Below are positions 44,844 to 53,711 of a DNA stretch of 64,000 nucleotides, one piece after another. The notes beneath the pieces were generated by a model. That model saw only the letters and a program-made list of their open reading frames with translations. It did no database searches and was not told the DNA's origin. Origin of the DNA: an uncultured Planctomycetaceae bacterium (lineage in GTDB: Bacteria; Planctomycetota; Planctomycetia; Isosphaerales; Isosphaeraceae); assembly GCA_963833985.1 (NCBI GenBank), contig CAWIAD010000002.1, positions 2,016,001-2,080,000 on the forward strand, given 5' to 3'. The number at the start of each line of letters is the position of its first letter. The first letter of the stretch is position 1. The translations under genes were made by a program, and so were the position numbers.

Positions 44844-45617
44844 CTACTGCGGCTTGAGCACTTGTGCCCGCATCTGTGCCTCGAGTCGTTCCGCACGTTC
44901 CCGAGCCGCGGAGAGTTCGCGGGCAATCGAGTCGCGTTCCTGCGTGAGGGCATCGCGCTCGTGGACGGCGGCATCGCGTTCCTGGACCACGGCATCGCGC
45001 TCGTGGATGGCGGCATCGCGCTGCTGGACGGCGGCATCGCGCTCCTGGGCGAGTTCTCCGAACGTCAGGAATCGCTGTCCGGCCGGGTCGATCAGGATGA
45101 GTTCCCCCTGGGAAAGATCGAAGCGAACTCCGAGTCGGGGACTGACCCAGCCGTTCATCGGGTTAATTTCCTCGAGCCGCTCGCCCGCACGCATCCAGCC
45201 GTCGCACTCGTACGACTCGGGATCGTACACATAGTACTCCTCGATCCCGTACCGCTGGTAGAAGTCGAACTTCTTGACCATTTCTCTGAGGCGGTTTCCC
45301 GGCGAGAGGATCTCGAAGACGACCTGGGGTGCGATGCCGTCCTCGACCCATTGCATGTAAGATCCTCGGTCGCCCTTGGGACGTCCGAAGACGACCATGG
45401 CATCGGGCGCCTGGCGGATTTCGGGAGATCCCTCCACCGGATACCAGAGCAGGTCGCCGGCCACGAAGACGTCGGGGCGATCGCGAAAGACCCGCTCCAA
45501 TCCTTCCTTGATGGTGACGATCCAGCGAAACTGGACGGTATTCTCCGCCATCGGGTTCCCATCATCCTCGGGATAAACGACACGAGCCTTCACGGGCAGG
45601 GATGTCGAGATGCTCAT
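44844..45617 (-). CDS. Uma2 (DUF820) family endonuclease, copy 1, with heptad-repeat tail
   Basis: YPEDDGNPMAEN, APD..VVFG, VFEILSPGN, YGIEEYYVYDP; tail of (Q/H)(E/Q)RDAxx repeats. Confidence 0.9.
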   Translation of the reverse strand: MSISTSLPVKARVVYPEDDGNPMAENTVQFRWIVTIKEGLERVFRDRPDVFVAGDLLWYPVEGSPEIRQAPDAMVVFGRPKGDRGSYMQWVEDGIAPQVVFEILSPGNRLREMVKKFDFYQRYGIEEYYVYDPESYECDGWMRAGERLEEINPMNGWVSPRLGVRFDLSQGELILIDPAGQRFLTFGELAQERDAAVQQRDAAIHERDAVVQERDAAVHERDALTQERDSIARELSAARERAERLEAQMRAQVLKPQ

Positions 45618-45788
45618 GGGGAAACCCTCTTTGCCGCATCCGGGCCTCTTACGGAATCTCCTGCCAACATCTTACACGCTCCGGCCATGGGCGTGAATTC
45701 GACAGCTTCCGCAGTCACCATTGAAGCCGGAAAGGCAGACGATGTGGTGGCGGCTGGACCATCGAAGGCGTCGTCGCCGCTCAGCTCG

Positions 45789-45815
45789 TGACCGGGTTCC
45801 GGTAGAAGCCGGTCA
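45789..45815 (-). terminator. Hairpin just downstream of tRNA-Ser
   Basis: TGACCGGgTTC..GAAgCCGGTCA inverted repeat 12 bp after the tRNA 3' end; no clear U-tract. Confidence 0.45.
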
Positions 45816-45826
45816 AATCATGGAAG

Positions 45827-45914
45827 CGGAGGAGGTGGGATTCGAACCCACGGTACCCCGGAGGGGTACACCGGTTTTCGAGACCGGCCGTTTCAACCAC
45901 TCAGGCACCCCTCC
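45827..45914 (-). tRNA. tRNA-Ser(CGA), CCA not encoded
   Basis: GGAGGGG/CTCCTCC-G acceptor, anticodon arm CCGGT-CTCGAAA-ACCGG, long variable arm, GGTTCGAATCC T-arm. Confidence 0.95.
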
Positions 45915-46006
45915 GGACACTGGAAGCCGTGGCCGGGCCCGGGCTTTCCCGTGAATGCACTGCGCCAGACGGTAGGTTTCCCGATATCCATTGGAGTTGC
46001 TGGCGT

Positions 46007-46738
46007 TTACTGCGGCTTGAGCCCTTGTGCCCGCATCTGTGCCTCGAGCCGTTCCGCACGTTCCCGAGCCGCGGAGAGTTCGCGGGCGATCGAGTCGCGT
46101 TCCTGCGCGAGGGCATCACGCTGCTGGATGGCGGCATCGCGCTGCTGGACGGCGGCATCGCGCTCCTGGGCGAGTTCTCCGAACGTCAGGAATCGCTGTC
46201 CGGCCGGGTCGATCAGGATGAGTTCCCCCTGGGAAAGATCGAAGCGAACTCCGAGTCGGGGACTGACCCAGCCGTTCATCGGGTTAATTTCCTCGAGCCG
46301 CTCGCCCGCACGCATCCAGCCGTCGCACTCGTACGACTCGGGATCGTACACATAGTACTCCTCGATCCCGTACCGCTGGTAGAAGTCGAACTTCTTGACC
46401 ATTTCTCTGAGGCGGTTTCCCGGCGAGAGGATCTCGAAGACGACCTGGGGTGCGATGCCGTCCTCGACCCATTGCATGTAAGATCCTCGGTCGCCCTTGG
46501 GACGTCCGAAGACGACCATGGCATCGGGCGCCTGGCGGATTTCGGGAGATCCCTCCACCGGATACCAGAGCAGGTCGCCGGCCACGAAGACGTCGGGGCG
46601 ATCGCGAAAGACCCGCTCCAATCCTTCCTTGATGGTGACGATCCAGCGAAACTGGACGGTATTCTCCGCCATCGGGTTCCCATCATCCTCGGGATAAACG
46701 ACACGAGCCTTCACGGGCAGGGATGTCGAGATGCTCAT
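46007..46738 (-). CDS. Uma2 (DUF820) family endonuclease, copy 2 (two heptads shorter)
   Basis: Same core as copy 1; 243 vs 257 aa. Confidence 0.9.
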   Translation of the reverse strand: MSISTSLPVKARVVYPEDDGNPMAENTVQFRWIVTIKEGLERVFRDRPDVFVAGDLLWYPVEGSPEIRQAPDAMVVFGRPKGDRGSYMQWVEDGIAPQVVFEILSPGNRLREMVKKFDFYQRYGIEEYYVYDPESYECDGWMRAGERLEEINPMNGWVSPRLGVRFDLSQGELILIDPAGQRFLTFGELAQERDAAVQQRDAAIQQRDALAQERDSIARELSAARERAERLEAQMRAQGLKPQ

Positions 46739-46947
46739 GGGGAAACCCTCTTTGCCGCATCCGGGCCTCTTACGGAATCTCCTGCCAACATCTTACACGC
46801 TCCGGCCATGGGCGTGAATTCGACAGCTTCCGCAGTCACCATTGAAGCCGGAAAGGCAGACGATGTGGTGGCGGCTGGACCATCGAAGGCGTCGTCGCCG
46901 CTCAGCTCGAGACCGAGTTCCGGTAGAAGCCGGTCAAATCATGGAAG

Positions 46948-47008
46948 CGGAGGAGGTGGGATTCAAACCCACGGTACCCCGGAGGGGTACACCGGTTTTC
47001 GAGACCGG
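46948..47008 (-). other. 3'-portion copy of tRNA-Ser (att-like site bounding the island)
   Basis: 61 bp matching 45827-45887 with one T-loop substitution; identity ends at the start of the anticodon stem, where composition changes. Confidence 0.85.
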
Positions 47009-47065
47009 ACACCTCATCCCCTAAGTACCAATGATAGCAACGACTTGAGTTCCAGGCAATCCGAG

Positions 47066-47086
47066 TGTTGCACCGATTGTTGCACC
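47066..47086. promoter_or_regulatory. Candidate integrase arm-type sites
   Basis: TGTTGCACC twice (47066-47074, 47078-47086), about 60 bp inside the att-like boundary. Confidence 0.5.
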
Positions 47087-47276
47087 CAAACGCAAGATTT
47101 GCCCACATTCCCCTCGGATCTCCAAGCCGTCGTTAGGGCCTGGTCAGGCCTTCCCGCTCATGTTCGTGAAACGATTTTGACGCTCGTTGTCGTCGCAGGT
47201 ACGTGTCAGGATCCCACGTCATGACCTGCCGAACGCTACCCTCATCAACCTTCGCGAGCAAGGGGTACCTAGCATC

Positions 47277-48125
47277 ATGGAACTCGCAGTACTCATCCAG
47301 GCCTTCGAACCGATCATGGATCCTACGGGCGAAGCCTACATTCAGGTCTGCACTAAAGGAGCGATCGAGCCCATTCAACTACCACTGGAAGCTCTCCCAG
47401 CTCGACGCCTCATAAGGGCCGAACTGTCCAGGATGCTGGGGGGAGTACTCCCAACGGATCATCAGACCCGCAGCTGCATGGATGTCCTTTGGGCTTGGGC
47501 GTTCTACGGGAACCGCACGGTGGCCGCGTTGAGCCTCGAATACCTGTTAACTTACGATCCCGTCGCTCAAGCAATCATGGCTCTTTACAAGAAAGGCGGT
47601 GCGAAACAGCCGGCAAAACCACTCCTGTCCACCTTGGCCAGAATCGCCAAAATGGAAGACATCGACATCACAAAAGGGAATTGGCCTGCCAACGAGGACG
47701 CCTTGGGCTGCCGACTGAGAGCCTTCGTCGAGCCATTCGCGAAAGCGGGTATTGCGATTACGTACGACTATAAGGCTCGGCCACGGACTTGGTGCATTCC
47801 TCCGAGGATTCGACCAAGTGGCGTAAGTGACAGCAAAGTGTCGGATGCAACTGCCCACCACGTAATGGATTCCGCCTCACCAGACACTTTGGTCCCCTCC
47901 TCAGGAACCCCCCTACCACAAGTGACATGGCATGTCGCATCGGTAGCCACAGAATCTGCTCGGAGCCAGGAGGATCAGGAAATGGATCTCCTCACGAACG
48001 GCTCGGAATTGCCGCGGAGTAACTCATGGCCGAGCTTGGGAACAGACGCCACCCACGAGCATGACCGGGACGATGAGATACCGTCAGACGAGGAGATCCA
48101 ACACCTTTGGGAGACCACTCGATGA
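47277..48125 (+). CDS. Hypothetical protein resembling non-catalytic flanking domains of mobile-element primase/helicases
   Basis: WPANEDALGCRLR..GIAI winged-helix-like segment; acidic low-complexity tail; ATGA overlap with the next gene; start uncertain. Confidence 0.6.
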   Translation: MELAVLIQAFEPIMDPTGEAYIQVCTKGAIEPIQLPLEALPARRLIRAELSRMLGGVLPTDHQTRSCMDVLWAWAFYGNRTVAALSLEYLLTYDPVAQAIMALYKKGGAKQPAKPLLSTLARIAKMEDIDITKGNWPANEDALGCRLRAFVEPFAKAGIAITYDYKARPRTWCIPPRIRPSGVSDSKVSDATAHHVMDSASPDTLVPSSGTPLPQVTWHVASVATESARSQEDQEMDLLTNGSELPRSNSWPSLGTDATHEHDRDDEIPSDEEIQHLWETTR

Positions 48126-48964
48126 CCGTTCAGCAAAAACCACTTATCACTGCCAAAGAGGCTGAGACTGAAATCCCAGATCTCGAGGCGATGTTTCTGC
48201 CTGATAACCTACGCCGATACTTGGAGACGCGGCTGAACAACCCTCCTGAAAATGATGCCAACCTCCTGATCGAGGGAGACCCTGGAACTGGGAAAACAAG
48301 CGTCGAGATCGCCTTGATCCGACGACGACTGAACAATCCGAAACTCTTCAGCGGGGACTTCGAGGAGATCGTACAGGAGCCGGGCAACGAGGCATTGAAC
48401 GAATACGATGCCCGGTTCTTCCAGACAAAAACATATGGTGGTATCTATGTTTTTGTAAGAATCGACGGAGGTAGTGAAAAGAGAGTCTGTCTCGAGGAGA
48501 AAGTCCAAGACGTCATTTGGAGCCAAGGCGACCACAAGTTCGTTCTCCTGGATGAGGCAGGAGAGCTCTTCTTCCGAGGAATGGAAGAGTGCCTGCGTCC
48601 TTTACTCACACACCCCCGAGTAACCACGTACGCGAATGCCCAGAACTTTCACAGCAAGCGGAGAACGGACAAAAAGGCGGAGGAAGAAGCCCGACTGATC
48701 GCATTCCTGCGACGTTTTACGCACCGGTTCCACATGACGAACCCCACGCCCGATCAGCTCACTCGACTGCTGATCCGCCGTATGAAGCATTGGAGGATTG
48801 AGTTGGACCATCCATCCACACTTCGTCTATTGGTTGAAAAGTCCGAGTGTGTCGTGGGCTATGCCATACGTCCGCTGATTCGGGCTATCGACGATCCTGA
48901 TGGACGACGAATGCTTACTCGGAGAATCGTCGAGGAAGCTGACGTCAATCCGCTGCTCGGCTGA
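48122..48964 (+). CDS. AAA+ ATPase, clamp-loader/RFC-like
   Basis: NLLIEGDPGTGKTS (Walker A), KFVLLDEA (Walker B), AFLRRF (Arg finger), helical lid. Confidence 0.75.
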   Translation: MTVQQKPLITAKEAETEIPDLEAMFLPDNLRRYLETRLNNPPENDANLLIEGDPGTGKTSVEIALIRRRLNNPKLFSGDFEEIVQEPGNEALNEYDARFFQTKTYGGIYVFVRIDGGSEKRVCLEEKVQDVIWSQGDHKFVLLDEAGELFFRGMEECLRPLLTHPRVTTYANAQNFHSKRRTDKKAEEEARLIAFLRRFTHRFHMTNPTPDQLTRLLIRRMKHWRIELDHPSTLRLLVEKSECVVGYAIRPLIRAIDDPDGRRMLTRRIVEEADVNPLLG

Positions 48965-49152
48965 TCGCCATCAGGTAACTCTACATAAATAGTTACATAT
49001 ATCTATTCAATGGCTAGCATCAATGTGCGGCCCAAAGGCTCACGAGCAGATTCCAGTCTCGCCGAGAGCAATATCAAGCAACTAATGATATTGGGATTCA
49101 TTTGGGGGTATGGATTGAAGAGTTGAATTCATACCCTTGGGAACCCAAGACC

Positions 49153-51474
49153 ATGTGCATTCCGCAAGAACGTCCCACTAATGATGGGAACCAGACCGAA
49201 GGAACCAACCCTGCTAGTCCATCCCTCCCTCGGACGCGAGACGGTCGGATCAAGTCGCGTCTCTCCTGGGAGGAGAAGCTCCAGATCCTCGACCCTCATT
49301 CAGCTCCCAAGGCAACCGAAGCTCGCCTGATCGAGTTCGCGAAGCTTCTTGCGTTCCGGGTCTCAAAAGCATCAATTACCAAGGTCGGAAAAGGTCCCCG
49401 TGCCTGGACCTCTCTGGTCGTTCCATTGACTCTTCTCCACATCGCTCGCCATCTCCTGGCGGATCAAGTTCCGACTCTGCCTCCCCAATGGATCGCCTCA
49501 CGGAGCTTATCGACCAGCGTTTTGATGGCGATTGATGTCGACTCGGACAGGACTCCCGGAGCCATGCTTAATGCCAAACGCGATTTGCTCCGAGATCAGA
49601 CGATGAAACCAATCGAGGCCCCTGACGACCCTCTCAGACAGCAAGTTCTCTCAAAGCCTGCGGATTACAAAGCTCCCTTCGCTCAGCGGAACCGAGAAGT
49701 GCTTTCTGCCCTCAGACTCTTAGGACTGAATCCGAGAAATCCAAGAGAGGTGTTGGTCCAGCACACCCCGTCGGGGGGTAGGCATTATTATGTATTCTTC
49801 GACACACCCAATCACCTTGATCAGTACCGAGCCTTGCTCGAAGCTGCGGGACTAAGGCACATCCCCGGTCAGATAGAGTTCTTTCCATCTACGTCTCAGG
49901 GTCTGCGGCTTCCATTTGGCTTCATACCCGGGAGGACACACGACCCCACGGCCTGGATTCAATTCATCGACGACTTCTCGAATGGCCGGATTCGTAGATT
50001 CTCACTGCAAACCCTTTACGAGAACCTGACGCGAAGAACTGAGACTTCAAATCTTGATCAGGAACCTTCGGATCGGCAAAGCAGACCCACCAAACCAAAA
50101 TCAGGCTCGGAGATCTCTGAGGGAAACCGGATCTTACATGGAACACCGAAGCATGTCCGGGTGCGGCCAGCACCGCTGACTGAGCCCCCTGGGCTCTCGA
50201 TGGAACCTTCCTTAGTCGAGCATTCGGCCGACCATTACCTACGGATCATCCAGAACCGCCCGCAGTCTCGAGAGGAGGCGAAGATTCTCTGGAAAGCCGG
50301 GATCCAGATATTCGGTACGCGGACTCAGATCCTCAAGCACTTGGCCGCCCACCTGATCTGGTTCAAAAACGTGTCTTCCGATCAGGCCGCCAAGTTGCTG
50401 ACCCAATGGGCCATGGATCCTCGACACCAGAGCCGGGACATTCAATCTGATCTGCGTGATGGCACTGCCAAGGTGACAGGCCAGATTGCTGAGATTTGTC
50501 GTTGGCATGGCGAACGAAAGGCGTCTCCGAATTTACAGGTCCAGCCGTCAGTCGATTCTCGGCCTCGCTTCGCTCCTTCGGAGCTTTGTGCCCTACACGA
50601 CGCTATTCAGTCGGTACCACCCAACGAGCGAAGAGATCTGAGTCACTTTCTTCTTAGCTTTCTGGGTTTTGCCAAGTCCCATGGGAAGCCGGCTGAAGAC
50701 GGATCCGGTTGGATTGCTTCAGCGGATGTAAAGGCGGTGATACGGCGGTGGCCCGGTTGCCAACATATGAACTATAGATATCGAATGCAGCTTGCAATGG
50801 CCGCCCGGGTATTCACGTTGGTCAAAGAGAAATGGCAGCGTCCAGGTGGCGGAGGAAGACCCAGAACCTACCTGTTGAATGTTCCAATAACACCGTCAGA
50901 AGCCTGGACACAAAGTTACGAGATGGCTTTGAAATCCCTCATAAGCATCACCTCACCGCAACATCCAACAGAGGAAGAAAGAACCAGGGACCATGTCTCA
51001 AGTTTCCCACGCGAATTCATCGACGAGAGAAGATTCGACGACATCAACTGGCACCCCGACGAGCATTCCGTTGACAAGGGACCTCTTTATCAGAGGAGTG
51101 CCCAGGGAACTCTGGGAGAGGCTTCACATCAACGCAATCCAGAGCGGACTCAGACTGAAAAACTATCTGATCCGCCTCCTGAAGGATGCCCAACCATTCC
51201 CACCGGAATAGGAATGCGGAGCTCACGGCGACATTTGCAGGCTTGCCAAGCCGATCTACGCCGATTTGGACTCAATTCAGAACCTCACCGGGAATTACCG
51301 ACACCGATTGTAGACCGGTCTGTCAATATGGAATCCATGAAGCAGGCACTACTGAATCTTCGAACCACCTACATTGAAGCACGTCTCAGGAATGAGGGGC
51401 TTGCCAACTTGGAACGTCCTACTCCACAAGTTCCCGTGAACGACTCGAAAGACGACACGACAAGAGGCCCATGA
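49153..51474 (+). CDS. Archaeo-eukaryotic primase (AEP)/prim-pol replication protein with PriCT-like domain
   Basis: MAIDVD (DxD), TPSGGRHYYVFF (His motif), IEFFP...GLRLPFG; GTR..IL..LA PriCT-like helix; RPRTY wing-like end; the last ~160 aa look unstructured. Confidence 0.75.
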   Translation: MCIPQERPTNDGNQTEGTNPASPSLPRTRDGRIKSRLSWEEKLQILDPHSAPKATEARLIEFAKLLAFRVSKASITKVGKGPRAWTSLVVPLTLLHIARHLLADQVPTLPPQWIASRSLSTSVLMAIDVDSDRTPGAMLNAKRDLLRDQTMKPIEAPDDPLRQQVLSKPADYKAPFAQRNREVLSALRLLGLNPRNPREVLVQHTPSGGRHYYVFFDTPNHLDQYRALLEAAGLRHIPGQIEFFPSTSQGLRLPFGFIPGRTHDPTAWIQFIDDFSNGRIRRFSLQTLYENLTRRTETSNLDQEPSDRQSRPTKPKSGSEISEGNRILHGTPKHVRVRPAPLTEPPGLSMEPSLVEHSADHYLRIIQNRPQSREEAKILWKAGIQIFGTRTQILKHLAAHLIWFKNVSSDQAAKLLTQWAMDPRHQSRDIQSDLRDGTAKVTGQIAEICRWHGERKASPNLQVQPSVDSRPRFAPSELCALHDAIQSVPPNERRDLSHFLLSFLGFAKSHGKPAEDGSGWIASADVKAVIRRWPGCQHMNYRYRMQLAMAARVFTLVKEKWQRPGGGGRPRTYLLNVPITPSEAWTQSYEMALKSLISITSPQHPTEEERTRDHVSSFPREFIDERRFDDINWHPDEHSVDKGPLYQRSAQGTLGEASHQRNPERTQTEKLSDPPPEGCPTIPTGIGMRSSRRHLQACQADLRRFGLNSEPHRELPTPIVDRSVNMESMKQALLNLRTTYIEARLRNEGLANLERPTPQVPVNDSKDDTTRGP
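50993..51211 (+). CDS. Ribbon-helix-helix-like protein nested in another frame of the primase ORF tail
   Basis: DLFIRGVPRELWERLHINAIQSGLRLKNYLIRLL; similar to 53418..53642. Confidence 0.65.
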   Translation: MSQVSHANSSTREDSTTSTGTPTSIPLTRDLFIRGVPRELWERLHINAIQSGLRLKNYLIRLLKDAQPFPPE

Positions 51475-52279
51475 GCCTGGCGTTAACTTGTCACATAGAC
51501 TAATCAAGTCATCCGAAACTCGGGGCTCCTAAAGTCCCAATTAAGGTCATCGCCATGCTCCGCATGGGGCGTTGGAGTCTGGGTCTCAGCCTTAGAGGTC
51601 CATCCCTCCATTCGTAATACGATAGCTTATGAATGCTGATGCTTTGAGTTTCGAGTGGTTCTTAAGATCCTCTTCACGCGAAGCCTACAGGCTGTTTACC
51701 TCGGATAGTTCGCCCTGTGCCAGTGCTACTGAGTGTCTGATTGGGATTCTCAATTCAGTATTCGATCCAGTTCTACATCTTCATCGTTCTAATTCTGCTC
51801 ACGAGCAGGCCCCGTTTTCTCATCCCGGACACGTAATTGTATGGACCTTCTTGTTCCTCTAGGACTGAAAGGACTACCCCCAGTCTAAAGACCATGGGCT
51901 ACCGTGAAATTCCTCCCTCTGCAATTCAAACCTCACCCGGTAACAGAACCTGACGTCTCAAGTCCGTGATCAAATCCGCCAGCGAAAACCTCTACACTTC
52001 ATCCCCTTGATAGTCTGAATGGTCTGGTTCACTTGTATTCCCCGGTCTCCACTGACGAGCAGAGGCTTGAGGTCCTGCTGGGTCGCGTCAACGAATTGCA
52101 ACACCTTCACATACAAGCAACCGCCTGTATCCGTTGCCACCAGCATCGAGATGCTAGTAGTTGACGCAGGTTGATGTGGGAGAACCACGAGAGGCTTTCG
52201 ATTCCGGCAGTAACTGAAAACTACCCGGGGTATCACAAAGGTGAAACTATTCTTGATTCTTCAGTCTCCAGGAGGAACC

Positions 52280-52468
52280 ATGCCCGAGACATCTAAACCC
52301 AAGAGTACCGACAAGCAGTCTGTTGCTGTCCTGAAGGGCAGTCCTGAGTTCCATGCTTGGTTCAGTCGATTCCAGCGACAATTAAGGCTCCCCGCCGCCA
52401 TTCTTCTGGACGCTGCCATAGCGGAGCTCGCCCGATCAAAGGGCTTCGAGGACCCACCCCCTCGTTGA
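52280..52468 (+). CDS. Small RHH-like DNA-binding protein (paralog A1)
   Basis: GGAGG RBS; VAVLKGSPEFHAWF...AAILLDAAIAELARSKGFEDPPPR. Confidence 0.7.
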   Translation: MPETSKPKSTDKQSVAVLKGSPEFHAWFSRFQRQLRLPAAILLDAAIAELARSKGFEDPPPR

Positions 52469-52702
52469 GCAGATCAGCTTCGGAGGACCCCGGCTCTATC
52501 GACGAACCTGAGATCCACAGCTGAAATCGTTTGATCATGCATCGTGAGCCAGAAAACACTTCCGTGCGAGCGATATGAGGATATCAAAGCAACGTAATCA
52601 ATATTCGGGATGATCGTAGATACGGAAATCTCAGTCGGAAGAACGGATGCCATTTCCTGACCGAGTGAGTTCAGAAGGGTGATCGCCCGTGAGGCCACAA
52701 CA

Positions 52703-53245
52703 ATGAATAATCTCCTTGAATATCTCCTGGACGCATACAACGTCCCACTGTCTCAACGACATAGAGCACTTGACCAGGATCAGTTGATCAAGATCGACGA
52801 TGAGAATAGTGGAGACGTCTCTTATCTGTTCTGCCAGATTCACGCTAGACTTCCTGATCCGCACGGCAAAGAGATCATTCTCACGTTTGACAAAGCTCCC
52901 TTCGGTCTAGCTGCAAGAGAACTAATCATCGAGCGAGACGGGACGATCGAGGAAACCTGGTTAGGTCCGATCGTCACGCTCCCTATCGACATCAAGAGCA
53001 TATCCTTCCTGAGAAAACTTGCCCGGACGGTTCGCAACACAGTCGGTCACAACCGTAGTTACGCGGACCCCAACTGGAAGTGGCTCTGCCCCCGCACTGC
53101 AACTTCCCTGGAACAGTTCGCGGACATCGTCATGGCGTATCGCAGTAAACGAAGGGCCGAGCTGCAGATAAATGACTCTCATGCTCGTCACCGTGCTGTC
53201 GGTGACCAAGCAACTGGGTTTGGAACTTCTTGCTTTGAAGGATGA
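52703..53245 (+). CDS. Hypothetical protein
   Basis: GAGG RBS, ATG, globular composition; family not recognised. Confidence 0.65.
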   Translation: MNNLLEYLLDAYNVPLSQRHRALDQDQLIKIDDENSGDVSYLFCQIHARLPDPHGKEIILTFDKAPFGLAARELIIERDGTIEETWLGPIVTLPIDIKSISFLRKLARTVRNTVGHNRSYADPNWKWLCPRTATSLEQFADIVMAYRSKRRAELQINDSHARHRAVGDQATGFGTSCFEG

Positions 53246-53417
53246 CCCTGCTTCATCGAGGTCGCCCGCAGTCGCCGAGAGTATCAGGTTCTCCATGCAT
53301 GCTCTTATTGGAGGTGAACGTTAGGCAATTCCACACGCGAGTGTGAGCATGTTGAATCGGGTAAATGAACTCAATGAAACCAACGTTCTCAATGCGATCA
53401 ATTAAACCGGAGCGGCA

Positions 53418-53642
53418 ATGAGTCTCAGGGATTTAAGCACGGCTTCCGCCACCTCGGTCGAAGCCCCTACGAAGCACAGGACTCCTGCTGGGCACAGAGT
53501 CATTCACCTGGTGGTTCCTGAATCCACGTTCGTCCATGTTCACAAGCAGGCACTGGAGTCCGGAATGCGGTTCTCGCAATACATGAATAAGTTCCTCTTG
53601 GAGGCATTCCCTTACTCATCTGGGCAAGGGTCCGCCTCCTGA
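53418..53642 (+). CDS. Ribbon-helix-helix-like protein
   Basis: GGAG RBS; VIHLVVPESTFVHVHKQALESGMRFSQYMNKFL. Confidence 0.65.
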   Translation: MSLRDLSTASATSVEAPTKHRTPAGHRVIHLVVPESTFVHVHKQALESGMRFSQYMNKFLLEAFPYSSGQGSAS

Positions 53643-53711
53643 ACAATGCCCAGTGCCGGGATGGCCGAGCACAACTTCGTCGATCCGGTTCAACAGAGAA
53701 AGGAAGTACAT

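Larger units (their letters stand above)
44845..47008. repeat. Tandem direct duplication of Uma2 gene + tRNA-Ser 3' region (44845-45887 vs 46008-47008)
   Basis: Near-identical sequence, offset 1121 bp at the tRNA end; copies differ by 42 bp in the Uma2 tail and by a few substitutions. Confidence 0.95.

Noticed and set aside
46948..47008. Second functional tRNA-Ser
   Set aside because: Lacks the 5' acceptor strand and D-arm and has a T-loop mutation.
45929..47224. 431-aa plus-strand ORF
   Set aside because: Mostly antisense to Uma2 copy 2 and the tRNA fragment; only the last ~40 codons look meaningful.
51480..52220. Gene or structured RNA in this island gap (also 57840-58460 and 59160-59650)
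   Set aside because: Only short stop-interrupted frames and weak inverted repeats; not enough support.
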